Source: Patescibacteria group bacterium (GTDB taxonomy: Bacteria > Patescibacteriota > Saccharimonadia > CAILAD01 > JADZBC01). From it: a stretch of DNA of 64,000 nt. How positions within the stretch are numbered: the stretch's first letter is position 1; every line of letters begins with the position of its first letter. This document shows, piece after piece, positions 19,038 to 30,527 of this stretch. Position numbers and translations under genes: made by a program. The stretch lies in assembly GCA_052034495.1 (NCBI GenBank), contig JBPOIL010000012.1:13644-77643 (forward strand). The letters are read 5' to 3'. The notes under the pieces are model-generated. The model did not search any database and was not told the origin of the DNA. It saw only the letters and a program-made list of their open reading frames with translations.

Positions 19038-19123
19038 GCGGATGTGGTGGAATTGGTAGACACGCTAGCCTTAGGAGCTAGTGAGGTAACACTCGTGAAG
19101 GTTCGAGTCCTTTCATCCGCACC
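19038..19123 (+). tRNA. tRNA-Leu(TAG), type II, CCA encoded
   Basis: Manual fold: acceptor GCGGATG/CATCCGC, D-loop with GG, anticodon stem CTAGC/GCTAG, loop CTTAGGA, long variable arm, T-loop TTCGAGT, discriminator A plus CCA. Confidence 0.85.
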
Positions 19124-19126
19124 AAC

Positions 19127-19159
19127 TAAAAGCGCCCAGTGTCACCTGGGCGCTTTTAG
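19127..19159 (+). terminator. Rho-independent terminator after tRNA-Leu
   Basis: aaaaGCGCCCAGgtgtcaCCTGGGCGCtttt. Confidence 0.75.
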
Positions 19160-19197
19160 TTGGGTAAACTGCCTACGAAATATAGTGTTAAAAAGTA

Positions 19198-19226
19198 TTG
19201 ACATTTTAACGCTTACGTGATATTAT
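19198..19226 (+). promoter_or_regulatory. sigma70-type promoter for the GC-rich small gene
   Basis: Near-consensus TTGACA, 17-nt spacer, TATTAT. Confidence 0.5.
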
Positions 19227-19303
19227 TTATCTAACCTGCGCACAAGGCAAAGGTTACCCCGACAGAGGTTGGGGATGAGTTGAGCCTAGGAGGCCAACCA
19301 GCC

Positions 19304-19636
19304 ATGCAAACCGAAGTGGCAAGAGAAGAGCAGCACCGTCCCCGCCTCGGAAGCAGCTACGACGCTTCCGCGGTCCCCGTGGGGCAGGTGATGCAGGTCA
19401 ACACCCGCAACTCCGCCTACTACTTCGTCTTCACCGATGAGCGGCGCATCAACCGCACCGACATCACCGGGGTCTCCGTGACCACGACGAACAAGGGCAT
19501 CGCGGTGGGTGCGCCCGCCAGCGTGCGGGTCGACCGGGTGATCCGTCGCGGGCAGTCGCTCCGCTTCGGCGCCGGTCGTGGGACCACGACTTCCGACGTC
19601 GTCTCGGTCTACGTGGCGGGTCGCCAGGTCGTCTGA
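19304..19636 (+). CDS. hypothetical small protein (110 aa) encoded in a high-GC island; start taken at ATG 19304 (ORF track begins at TTG 19280)
   Basis: AGGAGG RBS 10 nt upstream of the ATG; own promoter and terminator. GC content visibly far above the genome background; a frame-by-frame GC3 count has not been done. Confidence 0.5.
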   Translation: MQTEVAREEQHRPRLGSSYDASAVPVGQVMQVNTRNSAYYFVFTDERRINRTDITGVSVTTTNKGIAVGAPASVRVDRVIRRGQSLRFGAGRGTTTSDVVSVYVAGRQVV

Positions 19637-19702
19637 CCTGGTCCACCACAACTGCAGTCTTGAATGAGATCCAAGACAACATGCAGAGACCACCTTGATC
19701 TC

Positions 19703-19728
19703 GAGCCCCCACGTTATCGTGGGGGCTC
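19703..19728 (+). terminator. terminator hairpin after the GC-rich small gene
   Basis: GAGCCCCCacgttatcgtGGGGGCTC followed by an AT-rich stretch. Confidence 0.6.
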
Positions 19729-19788
19729 AATTCGTTATATCGCTCTATTACTACCAAATCTGGCTATATTCTGCTAAGATATGAAACT

Positions 19789-21069
19789 ATGATTAAACAC
19801 GAAATTACCTCCACCAAAAACTCTCAAGTTGAGCTAAAAGTTGAACTAACCGCCGACTATCTTGAAGACGTCAAAAAGACAGTTGTGAGTCGCATGAAGT
19901 CAGGCGTAAAAGTAGCCGGTTTTCGACCTGGCAAAGCACCCGATAATATCGTCGAGCGACACCTAGACCAGAGCCAGTTGCAGTCTGAAGTTCTCGAAGC
20001 CGCAGTCGCTCGATCGTATACCGACGCAGTAATTGCTGAAAAGCTCGAGACGATTGCTTCGCCCAAAGTTGAGCTCAAGAAGTTTGTGCCTTACACGGAG
20101 CTGGAGTACACCGCATCAGCTGCTATTATGCCAAAGATCGAGTTCGACCCCGCAAAGCTCAAGGTAAAGCAAGAAGTGGTCAAGGTAGACGCCAAAGAAA
20201 TCGACGAAACTATAGAGGGCTTGCGCAAGCAGATGTCGAGCGAAAAACCGAGCAAAGATCCAGCTAAGGACGGCGACAAGGTCAAGGTCGACTTCGAAGG
20301 TACTCGCGCGGGCAAGCCGGTAGAAGGCGCTGCTGCCCAGAACAGTGAGATTACTCTAGGCGAAGGTCGATTTATCCCGGGGTTTGAAGAAAACATCATC
20401 GGGCTCAAGGAAGGTGATGAGAAGGAATTCGAAGTAACTTTCCCAAAGGATTACCACGCAAAGGACTTAGCCGGTGCCAAGGTGAACTTCAAAGTTAAAC
20501 TAAACGAAGTAAACAGTATTGAACTACCCGTAGTAGATGACGAGTTTGCAAAGGCTATTGGCGACTTTAAGACCGTTACTGAAATGCGTGACGACATAGA
20601 GGCTAAAATTAAGGTCCAAAAGTCTGACCAAGCAGCCCAAGACTATGAACAAAAGGTCATGGCTGAAGTGTTGAAGCAAGTTAAGTTTGAAGTCGCACCA
20701 TTGCTGCTAGACGAACAGAAGCACCGTCTACAACATGAAGTAGAAGAAAACCTCAAACAAAGCGGCCTTGATGTGGACAAATACTTGGCAGTGAGCGGTA
20801 AGGCCAAGGATGAGTTCGAAAAGGAGCTCCATGAAGAGTCTGAAAAGCGTGTTAAGACCGGCTTACTCATTCGTCACGTCGTAGATACAAACAAGCTTGA
20901 AGTTACGAACGACGAGATCGAGACCGAGCTACAAAAGCTCAGGACTCAGTATACCGACAAGCATATGCTCGAAGAGATGACACACGGTCACTTCCGCGAC
21001 GACTTGGCCCAGCATCTGCTCGCTACCAAAGCACGCCAGCTCTTGGTACAATATGCTCTAGGCAAATAG
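19789..21069 (+). CDS. tig: trigger factor
   Basis: N-terminal ribosome-binding domain, central PPIase (FKBP-type), C-terminal arm; 426 aa. Confidence 0.9.
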   Translation: MIKHEITSTKNSQVELKVELTADYLEDVKKTVVSRMKSGVKVAGFRPGKAPDNIVERHLDQSQLQSEVLEAAVARSYTDAVIAEKLETIASPKVELKKFVPYTELEYTASAAIMPKIEFDPAKLKVKQEVVKVDAKEIDETIEGLRKQMSSEKPSKDPAKDGDKVKVDFEGTRAGKPVEGAAAQNSEITLGEGRFIPGFEENIIGLKEGDEKEFEVTFPKDYHAKDLAGAKVNFKVKLNEVNSIELPVVDDEFAKAIGDFKTVTEMRDDIEAKIKVQKSDQAAQDYEQKVMAEVLKQVKFEVAPLLLDEQKHRLQHEVEENLKQSGLDVDKYLAVSGKAKDEFEKELHEESEKRVKTGLLIRHVVDTNKLEVTNDEIETELQKLRTQYTDKHMLEEMTHGHFRDDLAQHLLATKARQLLVQYALGK

Positions 21070-21095
21070 CACTTTAGCTAAGCAAGGAGGTTCGT

Positions 21096-21695
21096 GTGGA
21101 GCGCAATCAAATACTTATTCCAACTGTGATAGAAAAAACTGCCCTAGGGGAGCGAGCTTATGATATCTATTCACGGCTTTTAAAGGATCGCATCATATTC
21201 CTCGGTACTGAAATCGACGATACTGTTGCAAACTTGGTTATAGCCCAGCTCCTATTTCTTCAGAGCGAGGATCCTAAGGAAGAAATTAAGCTTTACATCA
21301 ATTCACCAGGCGGCAGTATATCTGCAGGGTTGGCAATTTATGACACCATGCAGCACATTAGGCCGGATGTATCGACGATCGTTGTCGGGATGGCTGCGAG
21401 CATGGGTGCGTTTTTGGCAGCCTGTGGCGCTAAAGGAAAGCGGTTCGCGCTGCCAAATGCGCGCGTAATGATTCACCAACCATCCGGTGGGTTTAGTGGT
21501 ACGGCGTCTGACATCGAGATAACCGCCAAAGAGATTATCAAGATGCGGCAAAAGCTTAATGAAATCATTGCAGAAAAGACTGGGCAAAAAGTCGACAAGG
21601 TAGCAGGCGATAGCGACAGAGACTACTGGATGGGCGCTGACGAGGCAAAAACCTACGGCGTAGTTGACAGTGTACTAAATAGCTCTGACAAGTAG
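21096..21695 (+). CDS. clpP: ATP-dependent Clp protease proteolytic subunit
   Basis: ClpP family hallmarks ([36 protein letters not shown]); tig-clpP order. Confidence 0.9.
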   Translation: MERNQILIPTVIEKTALGERAYDIYSRLLKDRIIFLGTEIDDTVANLVIAQLLFLQSEDPKEEIKLYINSPGGSISAGLAIYDTMQHIRPDVSTIVVGMAASMGAFLAACGAKGKRFALPNARVMIHQPSGGFSGTASDIEITAKEIIKMRQKLNEIIAEKTGQKVDKVAGDSDRDYWMGADEAKTYGVVDSVLNSSDK

Positions 21696-21709
21696 GCGAA
21701 CGAAGCGCC

Positions 21710-22957
21710 ATGGCCTACCGTAGCCTTCTAAAAAACTGGGACTTCGACAAGCTATGGGGCGCGCAATTATTTTCCCAGCTTGCTGCGAACATCCTTAACT
21801 TCGCGCTCATCATCCGGGTATACGAGCTCGCGGCTGGTACCCGCTACGCAAACATAGCTGTCAGCATCTTCATTCTGGCATTTGGCTTCCCTTCAATCTT
21901 CTTCGCCGTGTTTGCCGGCGCATTTATTGACCATCTAGACCGCAAGAAGGTGCTCATCCTCACGAATATTTTGCGTGCCATACTCGTGCTACTCTTTTTC
22001 TTTGTCGAGAAGAACTTGATCCTTGTTTACGGGCTTATATTCGTCATCTCTACTATTACACAATTCTTCGTACCTGCCGAAGGGTCTGCCCTCCCGAACC
22101 TAGTCAAAAAGCGCGATTTGGTGCCGGCAAATTCACTCTTCTTATTCACGATTTATGGCTCCTTCATCGTGGGGTATTCGCTTGCCGGGCCAATCATTGC
22201 TAGCTGGGGGATTGAATCAGTTTACGTGGTTACCTCGGTTTGTTTCCTGATTGCCGCCGTGTTGAGTGCGCTGCTTCCTTCGCTACGAGCAGTGGACAAA
22301 CGAGATGTGCCGCTTGGGGTAATTGCTGCCCAAGTGAATGGGAGTTTGCGTAAAAATCTCAGCAGTATTTATCACAATCGCAAATTGCTCTTCCCAATTT
22401 TGCAGCTCACTATCGCTCAGGGGTTAACGAACATCATAATCGTGTTGGCACCGGCATTGTCACTTTTGCTACTGGGTCGTAGCTTGGCTACTTCTAGCCA
22501 GGTATTCATTTTGCCAGCAGGGATAGGGATGATCGGAGGTGCAATCATCATTGGACAGTTCCTGCGTAAAAAGAACAAAGTTCGCTTAATAGAAATCGGA
22601 TTGCTACTTGCAGCAGGTTCTTTACTCGGACTAGGCCTCATAAAGCAGCTACCTGTTAGCAACATTGCGCTCACGGTGTCTGTCTTGGCATTATGTCTAG
22701 GTTTCTCGAACGCGCTGGTAAGTGTTTCTGCCCAGACGCTCTTGCAGTTGAATAGTACAGAGGAGACCAGGGGAAAGATATTCGGGGCCCTCAATATGAT
22801 GGTAAACATCGCCGCCACCATACCGGTGTTGCTGGCTGGGGTCACAGCAGATCTAGTCTCGCCATTGACGGTTCTTGTGGCGGTAGCAGCCCTGATCGTC
22901 CTGTACCTCATTATGCAGAGACGTAGTCTGAATAAGCTAGTTGTTAAAAGCCCTTGA
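21710..22957 (+). CDS. MFS-type transporter
   Basis: About 12 predicted TM helices, 415 aa, MFS-like loops. Confidence 0.6.
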   Translation: MAYRSLLKNWDFDKLWGAQLFSQLAANILNFALIIRVYELAAGTRYANIAVSIFILAFGFPSIFFAVFAGAFIDHLDRKKVLILTNILRAILVLLFFFVEKNLILVYGLIFVISTITQFFVPAEGSALPNLVKKRDLVPANSLFLFTIYGSFIVGYSLAGPIIASWGIESVYVVTSVCFLIAAVLSALLPSLRAVDKRDVPLGVIAAQVNGSLRKNLSSIYHNRKLLFPILQLTIAQGLTNIIIVLAPALSLLLLGRSLATSSQVFILPAGIGMIGGAIIIGQFLRKKNKVRLIEIGLLLAAGSLLGLGLIKQLPVSNIALTVSVLALCLGFSNALVSVSAQTLLQLNSTEETRGKIFGALNMMVNIAATIPVLLAGVTADLVSPLTVLVAVAALIVLYLIMQRRSLNKLVVKSP

Positions 22958-23161
22958 CAAAGCCGCTCCTACTCCTATACGATTGTATCCAAGAGGATGC
23001 TTAAACGAGAATACCGGAATAGCCATATTGGGCCTGCCGGTTTTTTGTCGGTTTAGAAAAACCTTCTTTATCACGTTTTTATTTACGTAAGTAAAAAGAG
23101 TATCGTGGCACGCCTGATCAGCGTGTTGTTTGGCGCCAAATAACCTAGGAGATAAGCATCA

Positions 23162-26100
23162 ATGCCCCAAAAAGCTGCAGCAAATCGTATTTATCTAAAC
23201 GATAACAAAGAAGTACTACCACTACCCAACCTAATTGATATTCAGACCGAATCGTACAAATGGTTCGTTCGCGAAGGTTTAACAGAGCTTTTTACAGAGG
23301 TTTCTCCTGTCCAGGACTTTACCGGCAAGAAGTTCGACTTGTATTTTAAAGACCATCACTTCGAAGAGCCTAAATTTACTGAAGAACAGGCCAAAGAAAA
23401 GAACCTGTCATTCGAAGCTCCGCTTAGGGCTAACATTGAGCTTGTAATAAAAGAAACTGGCGAAGTCCGCACACAAGAAATCTTCCTAGGTGATTTCCCG
23501 ATCATGACTGAGCGCGGTACATTTATTATCAACGGTGTAGAGCGCGTAGTAGTTTCTCAGCTTGTTCGTAGCCCCGGAGTGTTCTTTACTCGGAGCGACA
23601 CTGGACTCAACGAATTTTTTGGTGCAAAGATCATCCCGAGCCGAGGCGCTTGGCTAGAGATTGAAACAGCCATTAACGGAGTAATGACCGTTAAGATTGA
23701 TCGCAAGCGAAAGCTGCCAGTGACTACACTGTTGCGCGCTTTTGGTTACGGCACCGACAAGGAGCTTAAGGAGCTCTTTGCCCACGTCGATACTGGCGAG
23801 GTTAAGTTTATTGACGAAACTATCGCAAAGGACTCTTCGACTTCAAGCGCTGAAGCATTGATGGAAGTGTATCGACGAATTCGACCTGGCGACTTGGCAA
23901 CGGTAGAGAACTCAAAGAGCCTCATTGATAGTATGTTCTTCGACTTCAAGCGCTATGACTTTTCTAAAGTTGGCCGCTATAAGCTCAACAAGCGCTTAAA
24001 CCTAGATGTTACAAACATTCCTGAAAACCGTGTTCTTCGCAAAGAAGACTTGATTGCGATTATCGCCGAGACAATCCGCATGTCTAACGCAGGCGAAATG
24101 AGCGAGGATATTGATCACCTTGCAAACCGACGACTAAAAATGGTCGGCGAACAAATCCAGCAACGATTCCGATTGGGAATCCTACGTATGGAGCGAATCA
24201 TTAAGGACCGCATGGGCGTAGCAGACATCGAGACCGTTGCCCCAGGGCAGCTAATCAACGTTCGCCCAATCGTGGCTAGCGTTAAAGAGTTCTACGCGTC
24301 TCATCAGCTTTCGCAGTTCATGGAGCAAATTAACCCACTAGCAGAGCTTGTTCACAAGCGGCGACTAAACGCGATGGGCCCAGGCGGCTTAAGCCGTGAG
24401 CGAGCTGGTTTCGAAGTTCGCGATGTACACCGTACTCACTATGGTCGTATTTGCCCAATTGAAACTCCAGAAGGACCAAACATCGGCTTGGTTTCTACAT
24501 TGGCATCGTATGCAAAAGTTAATGAATACGGTTTCATTGAAACTCCTTACCTAAAGGTAGTTAACGAAGTCGAATCTGCAAAATCTGCTGGAGAAATTCT
24601 ACGCGCAAACGTTAAGGATGCAAAAGGAACTGTTATTGCTAAGAAGGGTGAGAAGCTAACCGAAGTTAGCGCTAAGAAGCTAGTTAAGGCAGGTATTGAG
24701 ACCGTGCCGGTTCGCGCGCGGCTAACAGATCAGGTTGTATTCCTGGACGCTGCTGACGAAGAAAAGTGCGTGATTGCCCAGGCGAATACTCCTACTAATG
24801 ACAAGGGATACTTCTTGGCAGAACGACTTTCGGTCCGTGGAATTAACGGTGAGGCTGACGAAGAAGAGGCTGATAAAGTTCAGTATATGGACGTGTCGTC
24901 TAAGCAAACAGTTAGTGTCTCTACAGCTTTGATTCCGTTCTTAGAGCATGACGATCCAAAGCGTGCTTTGATGGGGGCGAACATGCAACGCCAGGCTGTC
25001 GCAGTTGTCCGACCACAGGCCCCAGTAGTGGGTACTGGTATTGAGGCTAAGGCTGCTATGGACTCAGGCCAGGTTATTTTGGCAGAGCAAGACGGTGAAG
25101 TGATCAGTGCTACGGCAGAAGAAGTCACTGTTTCGTACAAGAAGGGTGACAAGAAGACCTACAACCTAACGAACTTTGTTCGTAGTAATGCTGGCGCTGC
25201 TATACACCAACGCGTCGCGGTATTCGCAGGCGACAAGCTCAAAAAGGGCGATGTACTAGCTGACGGTATGAGCACCGTTAATGGTGAATTGGCGCTTGGC
25301 CAGAATGTTCTCGTAGCATTTATGCCATTTGATGGTTATAACTACGAAGACGCCGTGATCATTTCTCAGCGACTTGTCCAGGACGACCGATACACCTCGA
25401 TCCATATTGAAGATCACCAGATTGACGTGCGTGATACCAAGCTAGGCCCAGAGCTCGTTACTCGAGACATTGCAAATGTAAGCGAAGATGCTCTAAAAGA
25501 CCTCGATGAGTACGGTATTGTGCGAATCGGCGCTGAAGTAAGCGCTGGGGACATCTTGGTCGGTAAGATTACTCCGAAGGGAGAGACTGATCTCTCAAGT
25601 GAAGAGCGTTTGCTGAGGGCAATATTTGGCGAAAAGGCTCGTGACGTAAAAGACACCAGTCTGAACATGCCAAATGGCTCTTCTGGTAAGGTAGTAGGCG
25701 TTAAAATCCTCTCCAAAGAGAACGGCGACGACTTGCCGAGCGGCGTACTGCAGCAGATCTACGTATCGGTTGCCGAACTGCGCAAGATTTCTGTGGGTGA
25801 CAAGATGGCTGGACGCCACGGTGATAAGGGTGTGATCTCTCGCATTCTGCCGATTGAGGACATGCCGTATCTCGAAGATGGTACTCCTGTAGACATCATA
25901 TTGAACACGCTCGGTGTTGGTACCCGTATGAACTTGGGTCAGATTTTGGAAACGCACTTGGGCTGGGCTGCAAACGCGCTAGGCTACACAGTGGCAACGC
26001 CAGTGTTTGATGGAGTAACGGTCGAGCAGATTAAAGCAGAGCTTAAGAAGGCCGGCTTACCGGAAGACGGTAAGGCACAGCTCTTCCACGGCTTTAGCGG

Positions 26101-26701
26101 CGAGCCATTCGCACAGAGGACTACAGTTGGTTATAAATACATGCTTAAGCTTCATCACATGGTTGATGACAAGATTCACGCACGTTCAACTGGTCCATAC
26201 GCAATGGTTACTCAGCAGCCACTTGGTGGTAAGGCTCAAATGGGCGGTCAGCGCTTTGGTGAAATGGAAGTATGGGCACTTGAGGCCTATGGCGCTGCTA
26301 ATACCCTGCAGGAAATGCTCACCATTAAGTCGGATGATGTAATTGGCCGATCTAAGGCTTACGAATCGATTATTAAGGATGAGGCCATCAAGGGTTCACG
26401 CATACCAGAGTCATTCAACGTTCTCGTAAAAGAATTGCAGAGCCTCACGCTCGCTGTAGAGCTAGAAAAAGGTCCTGGTCTAGAAATTGATGCCGAGGAA
26501 ATGCTCGCAGACGTAACTGAGGACGAAGCAATTGAGCTAGGTGAGTCAGAGTTGATTATCGGTAGCGAACCAGTTGACGGACAGGCGGTTGTTGATCTGG
26601 ATGGTCCAGACGAAGATAGCTTCGAAGTACTCGCTCAAGTTTCAGAAGAGCTAGGCCCAGACGAGGAAGAATTAAAACAAGTAGAAGGGGAGGAGGTCTA
26701 G
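23162..26701 (+). CDS. rpoB: DNA-directed RNA polymerase subunit beta
   Basis: 1179 aa with conserved rpoB regions throughout. Confidence 0.95.
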   Translation: MPQKAAANRIYLNDNKEVLPLPNLIDIQTESYKWFVREGLTELFTEVSPVQDFTGKKFDLYFKDHHFEEPKFTEEQAKEKNLSFEAPLRANIELVIKETGEVRTQEIFLGDFPIMTERGTFIINGVERVVVSQLVRSPGVFFTRSDTGLNEFFGAKIIPSRGAWLEIETAINGVMTVKIDRKRKLPVTTLLRAFGYGTDKELKELFAHVDTGEVKFIDETIAKDSSTSSAEALMEVYRRIRPGDLATVENSKSLIDSMFFDFKRYDFSKVGRYKLNKRLNLDVTNIPENRVLRKEDLIAIIAETIRMSNAGEMSEDIDHLANRRLKMVGEQIQQRFRLGILRMERIIKDRMGVADIETVAPGQLINVRPIVASVKEFYASHQLSQFMEQINPLAELVHKRRLNAMGPGGLSRERAGFEVRDVHRTHYGRICPIETPEGPNIGLVSTLASYAKVNEYGFIETPYLKVVNEVESAKSAGEILRANVKDAKGTVIAKKGEKLTEVSAKKLVKAGIETVPVRARLTDQVVFLDAADEEKCVIAQANTPTNDKGYFLAERLSVRGINGEADEEEADKVQYMDVSSKQTVSVSTALIPFLEHDDPKRALMGANMQRQAVAVVRPQAPVVGTGIEAKAAMDSGQVILAEQDGEVISATAEEVTVSYKKGDKKTYNLTNFVRSNAGAAIHQRVAVFAGDKLKKGDVLADGMSTVNGELALGQNVLVAFMPFDGYNYEDAVIISQRLVQDDRYTSIHIEDHQIDVRDTKLGPELVTRDIANVSEDALKDLDEYGIVRIGAEVSAGDILVGKITPKGETDLSSEERLLRAIFGEKARDVKDTSLNMPNGSSGKVVGVKILSKENGDDLPSGVLQQIYVSVAELRKISVGDKMAGRHGDKGVISRILPIEDMPYLEDGTPVDIILNTLGVGTRMNLGQILETHLGWAANALGYTVATPVFDGVTVEQIKAELKKAGLPEDGKAQLFHGFSGEPFAQRTTVGYKYMLKLHHMVDDKIHARSTGPYAMVTQQPLGGKAQMGGQRFGEMEVWALEAYGAANTLQEMLTIKSDDVIGRSKAYESIIKDEAIKGSRIPESFNVLVKELQSLTLAVELEKGPGLEIDAEEMLADVTEDEAIELGESELIIGSEPVDGQAVVDLDGPDEDSFEVLAQVSEELGPDEEELKQVEGEEV

Positions 26702-26702
26702 T

Positions 26703-29700
26703 ATGGAGACTAACCACGAACAGCAGGTGATCGATTTTGAAGCAATTAAGCTTTCGCTAGCTTCCCCAGAACAGATTCTTCAATGGTCCCACGGCGAGAT
26801 TACAAAGCCAGAGACAATTAACTATCGTACTCAAAAACCAGAAAAAGATGGCCTTTTCTGCGAAAAGATCTTTGGTCCAACCAAGGATTGGCAGTGTTAC
26901 TGCGGTAAGTACAAAGGTATTCGCTACAAGGGTATTACTTGTGATAAGTGTGGCGTACTCGTAACTCGCAGCATCGTTCGCCGCGAACGACTTGGACACA
27001 TCAGCCTCGCAGTTCCAGCAGCACATATATGGTTCTTGCGTGGTACTCCTTCTACAATCAGCCTCGTTCTCAACATGGGCGTACGTGATTTGGAACGCGT
27101 TGTGTACTTTGCCAACTTCATTGTTAAGTCAGTTGACGAAGATGCTCGCAAGCAAGCACTCTTGGACTTAGACGTTGACTTTAAGTCACGCCGAGCTGAC
27201 ATTCTCAAAAAGCACCAGCCAGAGGAAGGCAAGGAGCTGAGCGAAGAAGCAACCAAGGAACTTGAAGAGCTTGACGCAAACTATACTAATGCTAAGTCTG
27301 AACTCAACGCATTTGCCAAGTATCAGCTACTACCAGAAAGCCGTTACCGAGACTTGAACCTCAAGTACGGCAACGTGTTTACTGCAGGTATTGGTGCCGA
27401 AGCGATCCGTGAATTGCTCGTAGAAATTAACCTACAGGATCTGGCAGACAGACTTCGCGAAGAATCAGAAAGCTCAGTTGGACAGAAAAAGAAGAAAGCA
27501 CTCAAGCGACTCAAATCGATTGAAGGCATGATTCAGGCGGATATTCGCCCAGAGTGGATGGTTACAACCGAGCTGCCAGTTATCCCGCCAGACTTGCGTC
27601 CTATGGTTCAACTCGATGGTGGTCGCTTTGCCGCATCTGATCTGAATGACCTGTATAGGCGTGTGATCAACCGCAACAACCGACTCAAGAAGCTCTTCGC
27701 ATTGGAAGCTCCAGAAGTAATTTGCCGTAACGAAAAGCGTATGCTCCAAGAGGCAGTTGATGCCCTGATTGACAACAATGCTCGTCGTGAACGCGCAGTA
27801 AGTGCTACAGGGAACCGCAAAAAGCTTAAGAGCTTGACCGACCTCCTTAAGGGCAAGCAGGGCCGCTTCCGTCAGAACCTTCTTGGTAAGCGCGTAGACT
27901 ACTCTGGTCGTTCAGTAATCGTTATTGGCCCACACCTTAAGATTGACCAATGTGGTCTGCCTAAGAAGATGGCACTTGAGCTGTTCAAGCCATTCGTGAT
28001 TGGTAAGCTAATCGCACAGGGCTATGCTCACAACGTTAAGTCAGCTGCCCGTATGGTAGAGCGTGCCCGTGATGAGGTTTGGGATACCTTGGACGAAGTG
28101 ATCGCCGACAAGTACGTGCTTCTTAACCGTGCACCGACTCTTCACCGACTTGGAATCCAGGCATTTAAGCCAGTCCTAATCGAAGGTAAGGCTATTCAGC
28201 TTCATCCTATGGTTTGTCCCGCTTTCAACGCTGATTTCGACGGTGACCAGATGGCGGTACACGTGCCGTTAAGCGAAGCCGCTCAGCGCGAAGCTCGCGA
28301 GATTATGATATCGAGCAACAACCTCTTGAAGCCATCAAGCGGCGAGCCGATCGTAAATGCCCAGCAGGACGTTGTACTCGGGTGTTACTTCCTGACCTCT
28401 GTAGAGGAAGGCGCTCGTGGCGAAGGTAAGGTATTCTCCGAACCTAGCGAAGCGATTTATGCCTATCAGGATAAGCACATTGAGCTACGTGCGGCCATAA
28501 AGGTGCGTATAGATGGTACTATCATCGATACAACAGCCGGTCGTCTTCTTTTCAACGAGGCTTTGCCAGAAGGAATTGCGTTCAAGAACGAGGATCAAAA
28601 CAAATCTTCACTCAAGCAAGTTATGGCTGAAGTGTTCGCTACATATGGCAACGAAGAAACTGCTAAACTTGCAGACGCGATTAAGGAGCTTGGATTCCGC
28701 TACGCGACACTATCTGGATTCTCTATTGGAATGGATGATCTCATTACTCCAAAGAATAAGCCTGAATTGATTGCCGAAGGTGACAAGCGAACCGTAGACC
28801 TCCTAAGTCAATACAATCAGGGTTTGATTACCGATCAGGAACGACGCGAGAAGGTAGTAGAAAACTGGAAAGATATCGCTAGCCGTGTAGAAGCAGAAAT
28901 CGAGAAGGAACTTAGCCCAGAGAACTCTACGTTTGCAATTGATATTGCTTCGGGAGCTAAGTCTGGACTCAAGCAGGTTAACCAGATGGCCGGTATGCGT
29001 GGATTGATGCTTTCTCCAGCCGGTAGAATTATCGAGCTGCCAGTAAAGTCCAACTACAAAGAAGGTCTTTCAGTCCTCGAGTACTTCATCTCGACTCACG
29101 GTGCACGTAAGGGTCTGACCGATACGGCTCTTAGAACTGCTGAATCAGGATACCTTACTCGTCGACTGGTTGATGTTGCTCAGGATATCCTGATTACCGA
29201 ACCAGACTGTGGCGACAAAGACGGCTACTTGGTTACTCAAGCAGAAGCTGTTGCCGCTGGTGAGACTTCAGTTGCACCATGGCTTGTTGGTCGTACTTCT
29301 CTGGACAAACTCGTTCATCCAAAGACGAATGATGTCATGGTTAAGAAGGGCCAAATTATTACCGATGATGCCGCACGAGCTATTGTGGACGCAGGCGTTG
29401 AAGGGGTGAAAATTCGATCGATTCTCATGTGTAAGTCTCTTTGGGGAATTTGTCAGAAATGTTACGGCGTAGATCTTGCGAAGGGATCTCCAGTGGAGCT
29501 TGGTGAGGCAGTTGGTATCATGGCTGCTCAGAGTATCGGTGAGCCCGGAACTCAGTTGACTATGAACACGAAGCACCTCGCCGGCGTTGGTACAGACATT
29601 ACCCAGGGTCTCCCGCGCGTAGAAGAAATCTTCGAAGCAAGGAATCCGAAGGGACAGGCTATACTCGCCGATGTCGCTGGTGTAGTAAAGATCGTCAGTG

Positions 29701-30476
29701 ACGATTCCAAACATGCGATTACCATTGCTCCGCCGGACTCAAAGGTGATCGAATACGAACTCGGGGACATGAAAGCCATTGTTAAGTCGGGACAAGTTGT
29801 TGGCCACGGCGACATCATGGCTCAGAGCAAAGATGGTAGCCGTACGGTTAAGTCTAAGGCTGCAGGTACGGTGAAGGTAAGCAAGACTCACATCGCTCTA
29901 ACGCACGACGGTGGTAACACTCGCGAGTACGTCATTCCAGTGAGCTCTGGCTTGCTTGTGAAGCACGGCCAACTCGTAACGGTAGGCGATCGACTGAGCG
30001 AAGGGTCTATTAACCTTCAAGACATGCTTAAGCTGATTGGCGAAGAAGCAGTACAACGCTACGTGGTCGATGAAGTTCAGGCTATCTACTCGTCTCAAGG
30101 TCAGTCAATTGCCTCAAAGCATATCGAGGTGATTATCCGCCAGATGTTCTCGCGTGTACGCATCGAGGATCCAATGGGAACTGACTTCATAGCCGGAGAC
30201 ACCGTTTCAAAGGCAGTATTGGACGAGGAAAACCGCCGTGCAGTTGCCGACGCCAAGAAGCCAGCAACCTATGAGCAGCTACTCATGCCTATGACCAAGG
30301 TATCTACATCTTCAGACAGCTGGCTATCAGCAGCGAGCTTCCAGGAGACAACCAAGGTTCTAATTGGCGCCGCTACTCGAGGCAAGGTAGATAAGCTACG
30401 TGGACTTAAGGAAAACGTGATTATCGGTCGCCTAATTCCTGTAGGTACCGGTTTCCGTGACGAGGAGGAACTTTAA
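26703..30476 (+). CDS. rpoC: DNA-directed RNA polymerase subunit beta'
   Basis: 1257 aa; zinc-binding CxxC motifs and NADFDGD catalytic motif. Confidence 0.95.
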   Translation: METNHEQQVIDFEAIKLSLASPEQILQWSHGEITKPETINYRTQKPEKDGLFCEKIFGPTKDWQCYCGKYKGIRYKGITCDKCGVLVTRSIVRRERLGHISLAVPAAHIWFLRGTPSTISLVLNMGVRDLERVVYFANFIVKSVDEDARKQALLDLDVDFKSRRADILKKHQPEEGKELSEEATKELEELDANYTNAKSELNAFAKYQLLPESRYRDLNLKYGNVFTAGIGAEAIRELLVEINLQDLADRLREESESSVGQKKKKALKRLKSIEGMIQADIRPEWMVTTELPVIPPDLRPMVQLDGGRFAASDLNDLYRRVINRNNRLKKLFALEAPEVICRNEKRMLQEAVDALIDNNARRERAVSATGNRKKLKSLTDLLKGKQGRFRQNLLGKRVDYSGRSVIVIGPHLKIDQCGLPKKMALELFKPFVIGKLIAQGYAHNVKSAARMVERARDEVWDTLDEVIADKYVLLNRAPTLHRLGIQAFKPVLIEGKAIQLHPMVCPAFNADFDGDQMAVHVPLSEAAQREAREIMISSNNLLKPSSGEPIVNAQQDVVLGCYFLTSVEEGARGEGKVFSEPSEAIYAYQDKHIELRAAIKVRIDGTIIDTTAGRLLFNEALPEGIAFKNEDQNKSSLKQVMAEVFATYGNEETAKLADAIKELGFRYATLSGFSIGMDDLITPKNKPELIAEGDKRTVDLLSQYNQGLITDQERREKVVENWKDIASRVEAEIEKELSPENSTFAIDIASGAKSGLKQVNQMAGMRGLMLSPAGRIIELPVKSNYKEGLSVLEYFISTHGARKGLTDTALRTAESGYLTRRLVDVAQDILITEPDCGDKDGYLVTQAEAVAAGETSVAPWLVGRTSLDKLVHPKTNDVMVKKGQIITDDAARAIVDAGVEGVKIRSILMCKSLWGICQKCYGVDLAKGSPVELGEAVGIMAAQSIGEPGTQLTMNTKHLAGVGTDITQGLPRVEEIFEARNPKGQAILADVAGVVKIVSDDSKHAITIAPPDSKVIEYELGDMKAIVKSGQVVGHGDIMAQSKDGSRTVKSKAAGTVKVSKTHIALTHDGGNTREYVIPVSSGLLVKHGQLVTVGDRLSEGSINLQDMLKLIGEEAVQRYVVDEVQAIYSSQGQSIASKHIEVIIRQMFSRVRIEDPMGTDFIAGDTVSKAVLDEENRRAVADAKKPATYEQLLMPMTKVSTSSDSWLSAASFQETTKVLIGAATRGKVDKLRGLKENVIIGRLIPVGTGFRDEEEL

Positions 30477-30527
30477 GCTGCTTGACCAGATAAGCCTTAT
30501 CTGATAAAGTAACAAAGTTGTAAGACT

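Noticed and set aside
19280-19757. Overlapping antisense ORFs 19286-19693 (-) and 19464-19757 (-) opposite the GC-rich small gene
   Set aside because: They are Arg/Pro/Gly-rich junk translations expected on the reverse strand of a high-GC coding region. The plus-strand ORF has an RBS, promoter and terminator.
23746-30098. Many 60-170-aa ORFs on the opposite strand or in other frames within rpoB and rpoC
   Set aside because: They are embedded in two unambiguous, highly conserved genes, with no start signals; spurious.
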